NCBI GenBank assembly: GCA_016217965.1
Contig: JACRFI010000020.1
Span: forward strand, 11,550-75,549
Direction of reading: 5' to 3'
Source of the DNA: Candidatus Kaiserbacteria bacterium
GTDB lineage: Bacteria > Patescibacteriota > Minisyncoccia > Phycocordibacterales > UBA2100
Length of the DNA: 64,000 bases
The position numbers and the translations under genes were made by a program. Below the pieces are notes generated by a model. That model saw nothing but the letters and a program-made list of their open reading frames with translations. It did not search any database and was not told the origin of the DNA. Of this stretch, positions 12,654 through 21,807 are shown piece after piece; within the stretch, counting starts at the first letter, position 1; every line of letters begins with the position of its first letter.

Positions 12654-13004
12654 CTATTTTTTGCTTTTGGTTGTGTACCAACGTGTCCATGGACCGGCAC
12701 TGTACAGCAAATTACCGACATACGGAATACGAAAAGGAAGACTGAAAAGAAATCCGAGAAATCCATTGTGCGCGAATATCTCACGCGCCATCTCGGCTTT
12801 CTCCGCTGTCGTCCCGTCAGTGCGGACAACGTATGCGGATTTGTTCATATCGAATTTGTGTTCTTCGATTAATGCCTGGCCACGCTCAGTGTTCATCCCG
12901 ACGAATTCCATAGCATCTTTCTTGTCGAGTGAATCGGTTACGTTCTTAGCAACGGTGCATAGTGGGCATCCGTCGTCGAACACTACTGTTAGTTTATTTT
13001 CCAT
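12654..13004 (-). CDS. DCC1-like thiol-disulfide oxidoreductase (DUF393)
   Basis: VVFDDGCPLC motif; likely start MENKL, since the upstream part of the track ORF is tRNA. Confidence 0.75.
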   Translation of the reverse strand: MENKLTVVFDDGCPLCTVAKNVTDSLDKKDAMEFVGMNTERGQALIEEHKFDMNKSAYVVRTDGTTAEKAEMAREIFAHNGFLGFLFSLPFRIPYVGNLLYSAGPWTRWYTTKSKK

Positions 13005-13089
13005 GGTGCCGGAAGAGAGACTTGAACTCTCAAGGGGTTGCCCCCGAACGATTTTGAGTCGTTTGCGTATACCATTCCGCCATTCCGGC
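13004..13089 (-). tRNA. tRNA-Leu(CAA) with encoded CCA
   Basis: GCCGGAA/TTCCGGC acceptor, aacga-ctCAAaa-tcgtt, variable arm, GTTCAAGTC. Confidence 0.95.
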
Positions 13090-13092
13090 ATC

Positions 13093-13120
13093 GTCCTTCA
13101 TAGCTTTAGCGAAGAAGGGC
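13093..13120 (-). repeat. REP-like hairpin directly 5' of tRNA-Leu
   Basis: Minus strand gcccttcttcgctaaagctatgaaggac. Confidence 0.55.
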
Positions 13121-13180
13121 AATAACTGTGAGTGTACTTGATTTTTAACTCGAGACAAATCTGGTGATATAATTGCGCGA

Positions 13181-14152
13181 ATGGACCCGGAAGCGAAACC
13201 ATATGATTCCATCTATTGGGTAGAGGTGGATCGCATCAAACCGAACCCCTTCCAGCCGCGAAAGGTGTTCGAGGAAGCGGCGCTTCAGTCACTCTCCGAA
13301 TCCATCCGGCAATACGGAGTACTGCAGCCACTGGTAGTCACCAGAAAGGAGATAGAACGCCCGGGTGAAGGCATACAAGTCGAATACGAACTCATTTCTG
13401 GAGAGCGAAGGTTGCGCGCATCAAAATTGGCGGGCGTGTATCAGGTGCCGGTTGTTATTCGGCATTCCGAAGACAGCGATAGAATGAAGCTAGAGCTCGC
13501 CATCATCGAGAATTTGCAACGCGAGGACCTGAATGCGATAGACAGAGCGATAGCGTTCAAGCGCCTGTACGACGAATTTGGCTTGAAGCATGCGGACATC
13601 GGGAAGCGCGTCGGGAAAAGCCGCGAATATGTCTCGAATACGATGCGCATACTTATGCTCCCCAAAGAAATGCAAGACGCATTGCAGAAAGGCGATATTA
13701 ACGAAGGGCACACAAGGCCGCTTCTCATGCTCATCGACAAACCGGAAGAGCAGAGGGTTCTTTTCAAAGAGATAGTAGAGAGGCGGCTTACCGTTCGCGA
13801 TACCGAGCAGTTGGCGCGGAGGATCGCTGTCGAGAAGGTGCGGAAGACTGACCAGGTATCTCCTGACCTCATTCACCTGGAACGGCAACTGACGGAGCGC
13901 TTAGGAACCCGCGTCAGGATAGAAAAGAAAGACAAGGGAGGGAAGGTGATGATCGAATTTTTCTCACCGGAAGATCTTGCACATTTGTGCATGGTTTTAG
14001 CGTCGCAAGAGCAGCGTGCGAAAACTGAGGAAAGAAGTGCGGAAATAGGTGCCGAGGCTGCTTTGGAACAGGCAGCACCGTCTCCAACACCTCAACCTGT
14101 GCAAGAGGAAACAGGCGGTGATCTCTATTCGGTGAAAAATTTTACGGTTTAA
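13181..14152 (+). CDS. parB: ParB/Spo0J partition protein
   Basis: PNPFQPRK, GERRLRA, IENLQREDLN, HTH. Confidence 0.95.
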   Translation: MDPEAKPYDSIYWVEVDRIKPNPFQPRKVFEEAALQSLSESIRQYGVLQPLVVTRKEIERPGEGIQVEYELISGERRLRASKLAGVYQVPVVIRHSEDSDRMKLELAIIENLQREDLNAIDRAIAFKRLYDEFGLKHADIGKRVGKSREYVSNTMRILMLPKEMQDALQKGDINEGHTRPLLMLIDKPEEQRVLFKEIVERRLTVRDTEQLARRIAVEKVRKTDQVSPDLIHLERQLTERLGTRVRIEKKDKGGKVMIEFFSPEDLAHLCMVLASQEQRAKTEERSAEIGAEAALEQAAPSPTPQPVQEETGGDLYSVKNFTV

Positions 14153-14162
14153 CTCTGCTTCT

Positions 14163-14301
14163 GCCCGCACACTAATTTTGGCAATATTGCATCGTTTTTT
14201 CGGAGTTTGTGCAGTTACTCTGGCAGCTTCGTGCAAACACATTTTTTGTTGACTAACGAGTGACGGGCAATGAAAAACTTTGCCAAATTTAGTGTCCGGG
14301 C
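14163..14301. mobile_element. MITE-like element with 22-bp inverted ends
   Basis: gcccgcacactaattttggcaa / ttgccaaatttagtgtccgggc; direct repeat gcttctgc at 14157-14164 and 14300-14307. Confidence 0.65.
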
Positions 14302-15827
14302 TTCTGCGCTGCGAGCGCCGCGCGGATCATTTTCTTTGCCATTGTCGTTTTTGCATTGTCGAGCCACTTTCGCGATGGCTTTGCGGACGGTTTCGTAATT
14401 ATTTCTACCATGTCGCCATTTCGGAGAGTCGAGTCGAGCGATACCATTTTTCCGTTCACGCGCGCGCCGGCCATCTTGTTTGCCACTTCAGAATGGATGG
14501 CGTATGCAAAATCGATGGGCGTCGCTGCAATGGGGAGGTCAATAACATCTCCTTTTGGTGTGAATACGAAAATACGGTGGCTAAAGAAGTCCTTCTTAAG
14601 CGATTCGAGATAATCACCGGATTGCGGATCTTGGTCATGCGCGAGGGCAAGGTCTTTGACCCAGTCCGGAACGGTGCGCCCTGTTTGCTCTTGCAGCGCC
14701 GCCGCGGCCATCTTTCTCCTGCTGCGCCCAGGGATGAATTGGCGTATCCACTCGAGACTTCCGCCTCTCGTGCCTTCAGCATAGCCGAGGGCCTCTTTGT
14801 ACGATAGGTGCGAGGCAATGCCGAATTGGGCTTCCCGGTGCATGCTCTCGGTGCGTATTTGAATTTCGAGGGCTCCGCCGTCTCCTGTGTAGACGGTCGT
14901 GTGGATGCTTTGATAGCCATTTGGTTTTGGAAACGCAATATAGTCCTTTATTTTTCCAGGGACCGGGCGCCACTGTTGGTGCACGATTCCTAAGACTGAA
15001 TAGCAATCGGAAACGCTGGGTACGATGAGCCGGAGGGCGAGAATATCGAATATTTTTCCAATGTCCCATTCTTTGCGCTCCAGTTTTCGAAAGAGGCTAT
15101 ACATGCCCTTCATTCGCGCTTCGGTGCGGAACTCACGAATGCCCGCCTCAGCAAGTGCGCGCTTCAGGTCCTTCTCGGCCTTCTCAAGCCGTTTCTCGGT
15201 CTCGTTCTTGCGCTCTTTGAGTAGCTCGCGCGTTTTTTCGTACTCTTCGGGGAATGCATGAGGGAACGCGGCATCCTCAAGAGCCATCTTTGCGACACTC
15301 ATTCCGAATCGGTCGGCAATCGGCGCGTAAATTTCAAGTGTCTCGAGCGCAATGCGTTTGCGCTTTGCGACGGGCACGTGCTCCAGGGTCGTCGCGTTAT
15401 GGAGACGGTCCATCAATTTGATGATGAGGACACGGATATCTTCCGCCGTGGCCGCGAAAAGACGGCGCAGCGATTCTGTGTGCCGTTCGAGTCCCCGGTA
15501 GCGGAGTGCGCCGAGTTTCGTCACGCCTCGTACGAGAAAGAGAACTTCAGTGCCAAATTCTTTTTCGATTATCGCAGCGGCTACCCCTGCGTCTTCCATT
15601 GAATCGTGAATAAGCCCGGCAGCAATTGTCTTGGGGTCCATTCCGATTTCAGCAAGAGAGAATCCGACTTCTGCGGGGTGCATGAAGTATGGCTCGCCGG
15701 AATAGCGCGTCTGGTCTTTGTGGGCCTCTTTTGCAAATTCGTATGCTTTCGTAACAAGCGCTATGTCAGCCGCTTCCTTCGACGTCATCGCGCTCGTGAT
15801 TTCGGAGAGTGGGCGAATTGAGGCCAT
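14289..15827 (-). CDS. rel: RelA/SpoT family (p)ppGpp synthetase/hydrolase (HD-SYNTH-TGS, C-terminally short)
   Basis: RYSGEPY, IHD, DRLHN, KPNGYQSIHT, EIQIRT, TPIDFAYAIHS. Confidence 0.92.
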   Translation of the reverse strand: MASIRPLSEITSAMTSKEAADIALVTKAYEFAKEAHKDQTRYSGEPYFMHPAEVGFSLAEIGMDPKTIAAGLIHDSMEDAGVAAAIIEKEFGTEVLFLVRGVTKLGALRYRGLERHTESLRRLFAATAEDIRVLIIKLMDRLHNATTLEHVPVAKRKRIALETLEIYAPIADRFGMSVAKMALEDAAFPHAFPEEYEKTRELLKERKNETEKRLEKAEKDLKRALAEAGIREFRTEARMKGMYSLFRKLERKEWDIGKIFDILALRLIVPSVSDCYSVLGIVHQQWRPVPGKIKDYIAFPKPNGYQSIHTTVYTGDGGALEIQIRTESMHREAQFGIASHLSYKEALGYAEGTRGGSLEWIRQFIPGRSRRKMAAAALQEQTGRTVPDWVKDLALAHDQDPQSGDYLESLKKDFFSHRIFVFTPKGDVIDLPIAATPIDFAYAIHSEVANKMAGARVNGKMVSLDSTLRNGDMVEIITKPSAKPSRKWLDNAKTTMAKKMIRAALAAQKPGH

Positions 15828-15896
15828 AGAGATAGCCACTAGGGTTTAGGGTATAGCCACTAGGGTAAAGTCATGATACGCGTGATTCACAATTAG

Positions 15897-15922
15897 AAAA
15901 GGGCGTCCTCCGGGCGCCCTTT
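15897..15922 (-). terminator. Rho-independent terminator
   Basis: Minus strand aaagggcg-cccgga-ggacgccc-tttt. Confidence 0.6.
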
Positions 15923-16081
15923 GGGTTGGGGGTTTCAGCTCATGTCCACGGCCGCTACTTGTTGATGACGACGAACGTCATCGCGATGGTCGCGACACTA
16001 CACATGGGGCATCACCTCCTTTCCCACGCGTGAGAATGCCAGAGAGAGAGAGAGTTTTATCAAGTCCTTTTTACAAATCTT

Positions 16082-16192
16082 GCGAGCGCAGGTATTGCTG
16101 CTGAGCCGTGTCTCGCAGCGCGACGGCGCGAGAGGCAGCGCTGGCGCAGCAGCGCCAGACAGCGACGGCGAAGCAGCAGATACCAAACGAGC
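16082..16192 (+). repeat. Structured ~111-nt repeat, copy A (AGCA-loop family)
   Basis: Nested stems; homologous to 43786-43896. Confidence 0.7.
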
Positions 16193-18435
16193 TACTTCTT
16201 ATGCGGATTATGATTTGGACAAGCCTTGTTTGAACACCTTTCGGGGATCGTTTTTGTGCCTTCCATCATTAGCGCTCCGCACTCGGGGCACATTTTTCCG
16301 GTCGGCTTTGCTTTTATCGCGTGCTTGCAATCAGGATAGTTTGAGCACGAATAGAAAAGCCCGAATCTGCCGCGGCGTTCCACCATCTCGCCGCCTTTCC
16401 TCCCGTCTATTTTGCACACCGGGCAGGCGACGCCGGTTTTGGCGCGAGCCTCTTCCGTCGGATCTTTTTTGACGAACTTGCACTTCGGGTAGTTGCTGCA
16501 CGCAATGAATCTGCCAAAACGCCCTTCGCGCTCGATAAGCCTTCCTGGTTCTTTTATTTTTGGCTGCGGAGCGTCTGGATTACCGCACTGAGGGCACGCT
16601 TCGCCTATTTCTTTTGGAGGGGCGATCTCGCTGCCATCTTCTTTCCTTGCCCCGAGGCAGTCAGGAAATTTTGCGCAGCTCATGAACCGCCCGTTTTTTG
16701 AGAGTTTGTAGACCATCGGTCCTGCGCAGATAGGGCAGGGGAACTCAGCTGGTGCATCACCCATATTCGTCAATTTTTCTATCTTGTCTTTCGACTTTAC
16801 TGCTTTCTTGAACGGCGTGTAGAAATCTTTTAGCGTTTTTTCGTACTCGCGCGTACCCTCGGCAATTTCGTCTAGTTCGTTCTCCATCTCTGCCGTGAAT
16901 GTGTCGCTGATGTAGTCGGTGAAATGATCTTCGATGAATGAGCTTACCACGTCTCCGGTGTGTGTCGGGATGAGCGTGCGGCCTTGCTTTTCCACGTAGC
17001 CGCGGGCTTCGAGTGTGGAAATGATCGAAGCGTAGGTCGAGGGACGCCCGATGCCACGCTTTTCGAGTTCTTTCACAAGTCCGGCTTCGCTATAGCGAGG
17101 CGGAGGCTGCGTCTCCTTTTCTTCCGTATTCGCTTTGATCAGCTTAAGTGGATCGTCCTTGGCGACTTTCGGAAGCTCCACGTCTTCACCACGAGCATCT
17201 GGGTCAGCCTTCAGCCATCCTTCGAAAAGAACGCGAGAACCATTTGCAGCAAAATCGGGAACGGTATTTCCCTCGACGTTTGCAAGAATTTTCGTACGGA
17301 GCACTTTCGCATCGGTCATCTGGCTCGCGAGTGTACGAGCTCGAATGAGTTCGTAGAGTTTCTTCTGGTCATCGGTTGTTCCCGCGGACACTTTATGAGC
17401 ACTTGTTGGGCGGACAGCCTCGTGCGCCTCTTGCGCCGATTTGCTTTTTGATTTGTACACGCGCACTTCGACGAAATCTTTTCCGAACTCACTCTCGACA
17501 ACGTGAGCGATCTGGGACACAGCCTCTTTCGCAAGATTGGGAGAGTCTGTGCGCATGTAGGTGATGAATCCCGCCTCGTATAGTTTTTGTGCGGTCCGCA
17601 TCGTGCGCGAAGGGGAAAATCCCAGCCGAGTAGAGGCAACCTGTTGCAACGTCGAGGTTGTGAAGGGCGGGCGAGGCGCTCTTTTCTGTTCTGTTTCTTC
17701 AACATCTACTACGTGCCACTTTTTGCTCTCTGCTTCAGTAAAAATACGCTTAGCCTCTTTCTCATCCCGCGGCTCTTCAGCGCAGATAACCGTAAACCTT
17801 TCTTTTTTTCCTGCCCCGTTAGAGGATGACGCCTCTCTAATGGGGTCAGTTTCCACGTCGGCGCTCAATACCCAAAATTTCTCGGGAACGAATGCCCGTA
17901 TCTCGCGTTCGCGTTCCATTACTATGCGCAGAGCGGGAGATTGGACACGTCCTGCCGATAGCCCATAGCGGACTTTCTTCCACACCAGCCCGGAAAGGTC
18001 GTATCCGAACAACCTGTCTAAGACGCGCCGGGCCTCCTGCGCTTTTCGGAGGTTCTGATCGATGGCGCGAGGATGCGCGAGCGCTTCTTGCACCGCGTTC
18101 TCAGTTATCTCGTGGAATACGATGCGCTTCGGCTTTTTTAATCCGATAGTTTCAGCCAAATGCCACGCAATGGCCTCGCCTTCGCGATCTGGGTCTGTCG
18201 CAAGAATTACTTCGTCCGCTCTTTCTGCCGCTTCGTGCAAACCATCTATTACATGTTGTTTTGCGGCGACGATTGCGTAGCGCGGAACAAAACCGCCCTC
18301 TACGTCAACGGCGTCTTTATTGCTCTTTGGCAGATCGCGAATATGACCCACCGACGCTTTTACGGTGTAGCCTTTGCCAAGATATTTTTCTATGGTCTTG
18401 GCTTTAGCCGGAGACTCTACTATTACGAGCTTCAT
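16192..18435 (-). CDS. topA: DNA topoisomerase I
   Basis: LVIVESPAKAKTI, DPDREGE, ITYMRTDS, C-terminal Zn ribbons. Confidence 0.98.
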   Translation of the reverse strand: MKLVIVESPAKAKTIEKYLGKGYTVKASVGHIRDLPKSNKDAVDVEGGFVPRYAIVAAKQHVIDGLHEAAERADEVILATDPDREGEAIAWHLAETIGLKKPKRIVFHEITENAVQEALAHPRAIDQNLRKAQEARRVLDRLFGYDLSGLVWKKVRYGLSAGRVQSPALRIVMEREREIRAFVPEKFWVLSADVETDPIREASSSNGAGKKERFTVICAEEPRDEKEAKRIFTEAESKKWHVVDVEETEQKRAPRPPFTTSTLQQVASTRLGFSPSRTMRTAQKLYEAGFITYMRTDSPNLAKEAVSQIAHVVESEFGKDFVEVRVYKSKSKSAQEAHEAVRPTSAHKVSAGTTDDQKKLYELIRARTLASQMTDAKVLRTKILANVEGNTVPDFAANGSRVLFEGWLKADPDARGEDVELPKVAKDDPLKLIKANTEEKETQPPPRYSEAGLVKELEKRGIGRPSTYASIISTLEARGYVEKQGRTLIPTHTGDVVSSFIEDHFTDYISDTFTAEMENELDEIAEGTREYEKTLKDFYTPFKKAVKSKDKIEKLTNMGDAPAEFPCPICAGPMVYKLSKNGRFMSCAKFPDCLGARKEDGSEIAPPKEIGEACPQCGNPDAPQPKIKEPGRLIEREGRFGRFIACSNYPKCKFVKKDPTEEARAKTGVACPVCKIDGRKGGEMVERRGRFGLFYSCSNYPDCKHAIKAKPTGKMCPECGALMMEGTKTIPERCSNKACPNHNPHKK
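17812..17847. repeat. In-frame palindromic insertion in topA
   Basis: gccccgttagag..ctctaatggggt; encodes DPIREASSSNGA. Confidence 0.65.
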
Positions 18436-18571
18436 ACCCGGTAGTGAATTTTGGCGATGCGCGTGGCGCGGACATTACGCATATCCTGAATATTGTTGAA
18501 TTGTTTGATGATCATAGTTTTGTCACATGCGGGTAGAAAAAGTCTTTCGCCAAAATCTACTACCGGGCATA
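18433..18571 (-). mobile_element. 139-bp inverted-repeat element ending in the topA ATG
   Basis: Minus strand TATG-cccggtagtagattttggc...gccaaaattcactaccggg-TATG; homologous to 50057-50195. Confidence 0.7.
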
Positions 18572-18624
18572 TGAACGGAGATTAATACCTCACGAGCATA
18601 GCATGCGTCAAGCGGCACACTATA

Positions 18625-19485
18625 CTAACGTGCCCGGATCACCCCCAATTCTTCCGTAATCAATCCCTTTATCTCCATCGTCGAAAGCAAAATATTTGCT
18701 TCGGAAATAGGCATTGCAAGCTGTAACAACAGCTCGTCTCGCGAACAGGGGGAAGAAATAATCTCGAGCACTTTGCGCTCTGGGATCGATATATCGGCAT
18801 ACTTTGATGCATCCGATTTCTCTTCTACGGCAATGCCAAGTGCTTTCAATATATCTTCCGGTTCTGTTACGGGCGTCGCGCCGAGTTTGAGAAATTGGTG
18901 CGTGCCCCTACTTTGCGCACTGAAGATGGAGCCAGGGACGACCAGGAGTTCTCTATTGTATTCGGTTGTGAGCCTTGCGGTAATGAGCGAGCCTGAACGT
19001 TCCTTTGCTTCGATCACGAGGACCGCATGAGAGAGGCCTACCATAATGCGGTTGCGCATGGGAAATGAGTAGTCCGTCGCTTTAAAGCTTGGTTCATATT
19101 CCGATAGGTGTGCGCCTCCTTTTTTTATAATCTCTTTTGCCAACACAACATTCGCCTTCGGATAGATAACGCTCCAATCCAATCCAGAACCGGGAACTGC
19201 GACCGTCGGAAGCCCTGCGTTGAGGGCTGCCTTGTGGGAAAGCGCGTCGATTCCATACGCCAGGCCGCTAACGATGACTACGGGGTACCCGCGAAGCCCT
19301 TCAACGAGATACTCCACCGCTTGTTTGCCGTAACTCGTGGCTGCGCGCGAGCCTACGACGGCAAGCCATTTCCATTCATGTGATGGAAGTGAGCCGCGCA
19401 CATACAATTGTTTCGGCGGATCAGGAATTTCTCGCAGTCTCGCCGGGAATTCCTTTGGGGAAAGTTGTTTGAGGGCGTCCTTCAT
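18625..19485 (-). CDS. dprA: DNA processing protein DprA
   Basis: AVVGSR, VSGLAYGID, FPMRNRI, SGSLITA. Confidence 0.95.
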   Translation of the reverse strand: MKDALKQLSPKEFPARLREIPDPPKQLYVRGSLPSHEWKWLAVVGSRAATSYGKQAVEYLVEGLRGYPVVIVSGLAYGIDALSHKAALNAGLPTVAVPGSGLDWSVIYPKANVVLAKEIIKKGGAHLSEYEPSFKATDYSFPMRNRIMVGLSHAVLVIEAKERSGSLITARLTTEYNRELLVVPGSIFSAQSRGTHQFLKLGATPVTEPEDILKALGIAVEEKSDASKYADISIPERKVLEIISSPCSRDELLLQLAMPISEANILLSTMEIKGLITEELGVIRAR

Positions 19486-19513
19486 GATGGTATCATCGTA
19501 GCATCCCTATCGT

Positions 19514-20821
19514 ATGCTCGACATAAAATTCATCCGCGAAAATAAAGACATTGTCGCCGCAGGCGCCAAGAAAAAACACATTGACATCGATATCGACCGC
19601 CTTATTGAACTCGATGATAAGCGGCGTGAGCTCCAGCAGTCGCTGGATGCGAAACGAGCAGAACAGAACAACGCCTCGGATGCCATCTCGAAAGCGACGG
19701 GCGATGAGCGCCAAAAGCTTATCGCGCGCATGAGTGAAGTCAAAGAAACCATTCGGCTGGAGGAGGAGTCGCTGCAGGAGATATTGAAAGAATGGCGGAA
19801 CCTCATGGTCCGCGTGCCAAATGTGCCAGATATTTCCGTACCGGATGGAGAAAGCGACGCGGATAACAAAGAGGTTAAAAAATGGCCCGCCTCGACTCGC
19901 GATGGCGAGCCGACGCGAGGCGGGGGAGAGATCCCTTCGTTCGATTTCGAACCGAAGAGCCATGTCGAACTTCTTCTGCAGCATGATATGGCGGATTACG
20001 AGCGCGGTACGAAAGTTGCAGGGTTCCGTGGGTATTTCCTGAAAAATGACGGTGCGCGGCTCGTGTGGGCATTGGAGAGATTCGTTATCGAACGATTTCA
20101 AAATAGGGAAGGTTTCGAGCCAATGATAGTGCCATCCTTGGTTCGGAAAGAGCCATTCGTAGGCACTGGGTATTTGCCGCAAAGCGAGGATGACCTCTAC
20201 AAGACTCAAGATGGTGACTATCTTGCCGGCACCGCAGAGGTTTCGGCGATGGGATATTACATGGATGAGATAGTAGAGAAGAAAGACTTGCCGATAAAGT
20301 TCTTTGCGTTTTCCCCTTGTTATCGCCGGGAAGCCGGCAGCCATGGCAAGGACACGAAAGGCATTTTTCGCATCCACGAATTTGTGAAGTATGAGCAAGT
20401 TGTACTTTGCGAAGCGAATCACGAAGAGTCCGTGCGGCATCATGAGGACTTGACCGCGAATTCGGAGGCGCTTCTCCAGGAATTGAAACTTCCGTATCAC
20501 GTTGTTTTGAATTGCGGCGGGGATATCGGGCTCGGACAAGTGAAGAAATATGATATCGAAGCTTGGATGCCGAGCGAGAAAAAATATCGCGAAACACACT
20601 CTTCCTCGTATTTCCACGATTTTCAAACACGCAGATTGAATATCCGCTATCGCGCTGAAGACGGCACGCTTAAATTCGTCCACTCGCTTAACAACACGGC
20701 GATGGCGATGCCGCGTATCCTTTGCCAGATAGTTGAGAATAATCAGCGCGCGGACGGTTCGATATCAATTCCGGAGGTGCTCCGGGGCTATATGGGGAAG
20801 GATGTTATATCCAAGAACTAA
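19514..20821 (+). CDS. serS: Seryl-tRNA synthetase
   Basis: MLDIKFIREN, GTAEV, YRREAGS, HSLNNT. Confidence 0.98.
   Translation: MLDIKFIRENKDIVAAGAKKKHIDIDIDRLIELDDKRRELQQSLDAKRAEQNNASDAISKATGDERQKLIARMSEVKETIRLEEESLQEILKEWRNLMVRVPNVPDISVPDGESDADNKEVKKWPASTRDGEPTRGGGEIPSFDFEPKSHVELLLQHDMADYERGTKVAGFRGYFLKNDGARLVWALERFVIERFQNREGFEPMIVPSLVRKEPFVGTGYLPQSEDDLYKTQDGDYLAGTAEVSAMGYYMDEIVEKKDLPIKFFAFSPCYRREAGSHGKDTKGIFRIHEFVKYEQVVLCEANHEESVRHHEDLTANSEALLQELKLPYHVVLNCGGDIGLGQVKKYDIEAWMPSEKKYRETHSSSYFHDFQTRRLNIRYRAEDGTLKFVHSLNNTAMAMPRILCQIVENNQRADGSISIPEVLRGYMGKDVISKN
19886..19924. repeat. 39-nt in-frame palindromic insertion in serS
   Basis: cccgcctcg..cgaggcggg between Trp and Gly codons; encodes PASTRDGEPTRGG. 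Confidence 0.8.
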
Positions 20822-20938
20822 TTTTGGCATTTTTTTTCTGAGAGCCTCAGTTGTGATGCGACAATTGGCCACACTCTACGTATCTGTTGTCAGGCGAACA
20901 TGCTAACTGTAGAAGCCATGCCAAAATTCAGTGCTGGA
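20810..20938. mobile_element. MITE-like element, inverted ends related to 14163-14301
   Basis: tccaagaactaattttggcat / atgccaaaattcagtgctgga. Confidence 0.55.
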
Positions 20939-20942
20939 CCAT

Positions 20943-21806
20943 ATGCAAAAACTATCGCTTCATAGGAATCCACCGACACGGATACAAAGGAGGCCGCTGC
21001 GCGGGCAGATGCCGCTTCCTATGAAACCGCGCGAGAGACTCGCGAAGAGGCGGCGCCGCGCGAGGATACGCTTAGGCGGTGGGATGCTTGTCATTAGCAT
21101 CATGATGGTCTTTGGTGCGGGATGGCTTTCCTACAATGAACGCCTCATCATCGCAGATGTTTCGGTGCAAGGGGCAAAGTCGCTTAATCCCGAGGCTGTA
21201 AAAACAGCAGTTGATTCCAATTTGCATGACGGAAAATTTCATCTATTTTCGCGAAGCAATATTTTTCTGTATCCGAAGTCCGAACTTGCAGATGCGCTGA
21301 GGACGGAACTCCCGCGAATAAAATCAGTCGCCATATCGCGTGAATCGCTCTTGGCGCAGGCAGTCATTGTCTCACTCGAAGAGCGGCAACCTAGGCACAG
21401 ATGGTGCAATGTCGAGAGCTGTTTTCTTATGGATGACGACGGGTACATTTTTGCTGATGCAGCGGGTGAGGACGTTGCGTATGAATTTCGAGGCGGACTG
21501 CTTCCAACGGAACCTCCAATTGGGCAAACACTCTTGCGCGGACATTTGAGGGACGTGCTGGAATTGTTGTCACTTCTCAAAAATGCCGGCCATACGCCAG
21601 TATCCGTTACTATTGAGAATGAGAAGGATATGTCTATTTCTCTCGAGAGCGGCTTCTATCTTAAAGTTACGTTCGCGTCAGATGCCTCGGATGTCGTAAA
21701 GAATCTTGAACTCATCCTTACTTCAGATGCCCTTCGGGAAAAGCAAAATTCGCTCGAATATGTGGATTTGCGGTTTGGGAACAGGGTGTATTATCAGTCC
21801 AAATAA
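20943..21806 (+). CDS. Cell division protein FtsQ/DivIB-like
   Basis: Basic N-terminus, TM, POTRA-like region, C-terminal EYVDLRFGNRVYY. Confidence 0.8.
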   Translation: MQKLSLHRNPPTRIQRRPLRGQMPLPMKPRERLAKRRRRARIRLGGGMLVISIMMVFGAGWLSYNERLIIADVSVQGAKSLNPEAVKTAVDSNLHDGKFHLFSRSNIFLYPKSELADALRTELPRIKSVAISRESLLAQAVIVSLEERQPRHRWCNVESCFLMDDDGYIFADAAGEDVAYEFRGGLLPTEPPIGQTLLRGHLRDVLELLSLLKNAGHTPVSVTIENEKDMSISLESGFYLKVTFASDASDVVKNLELILTSDALREKQNSLEYVDLRFGNRVYYQSK

Positions 21807-21807
21807 T

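Noticed and set aside
13005-13091. N-terminal extension of the DUF393 ORF in the track
   Set aside because: It is the tRNA-Leu sequence read in frame
15832-15866. 14-bp direct repeat atagccactagggt upstream of rel
   Set aside because: Only two copies with a 7-nt spacer; not CRISPR; could be an operator or slippage, no further support
19493-20683. 396-aa ORF antisense to serS
   Set aside because: Shadow ORF fully overlapping a conserved gene, with no motifs
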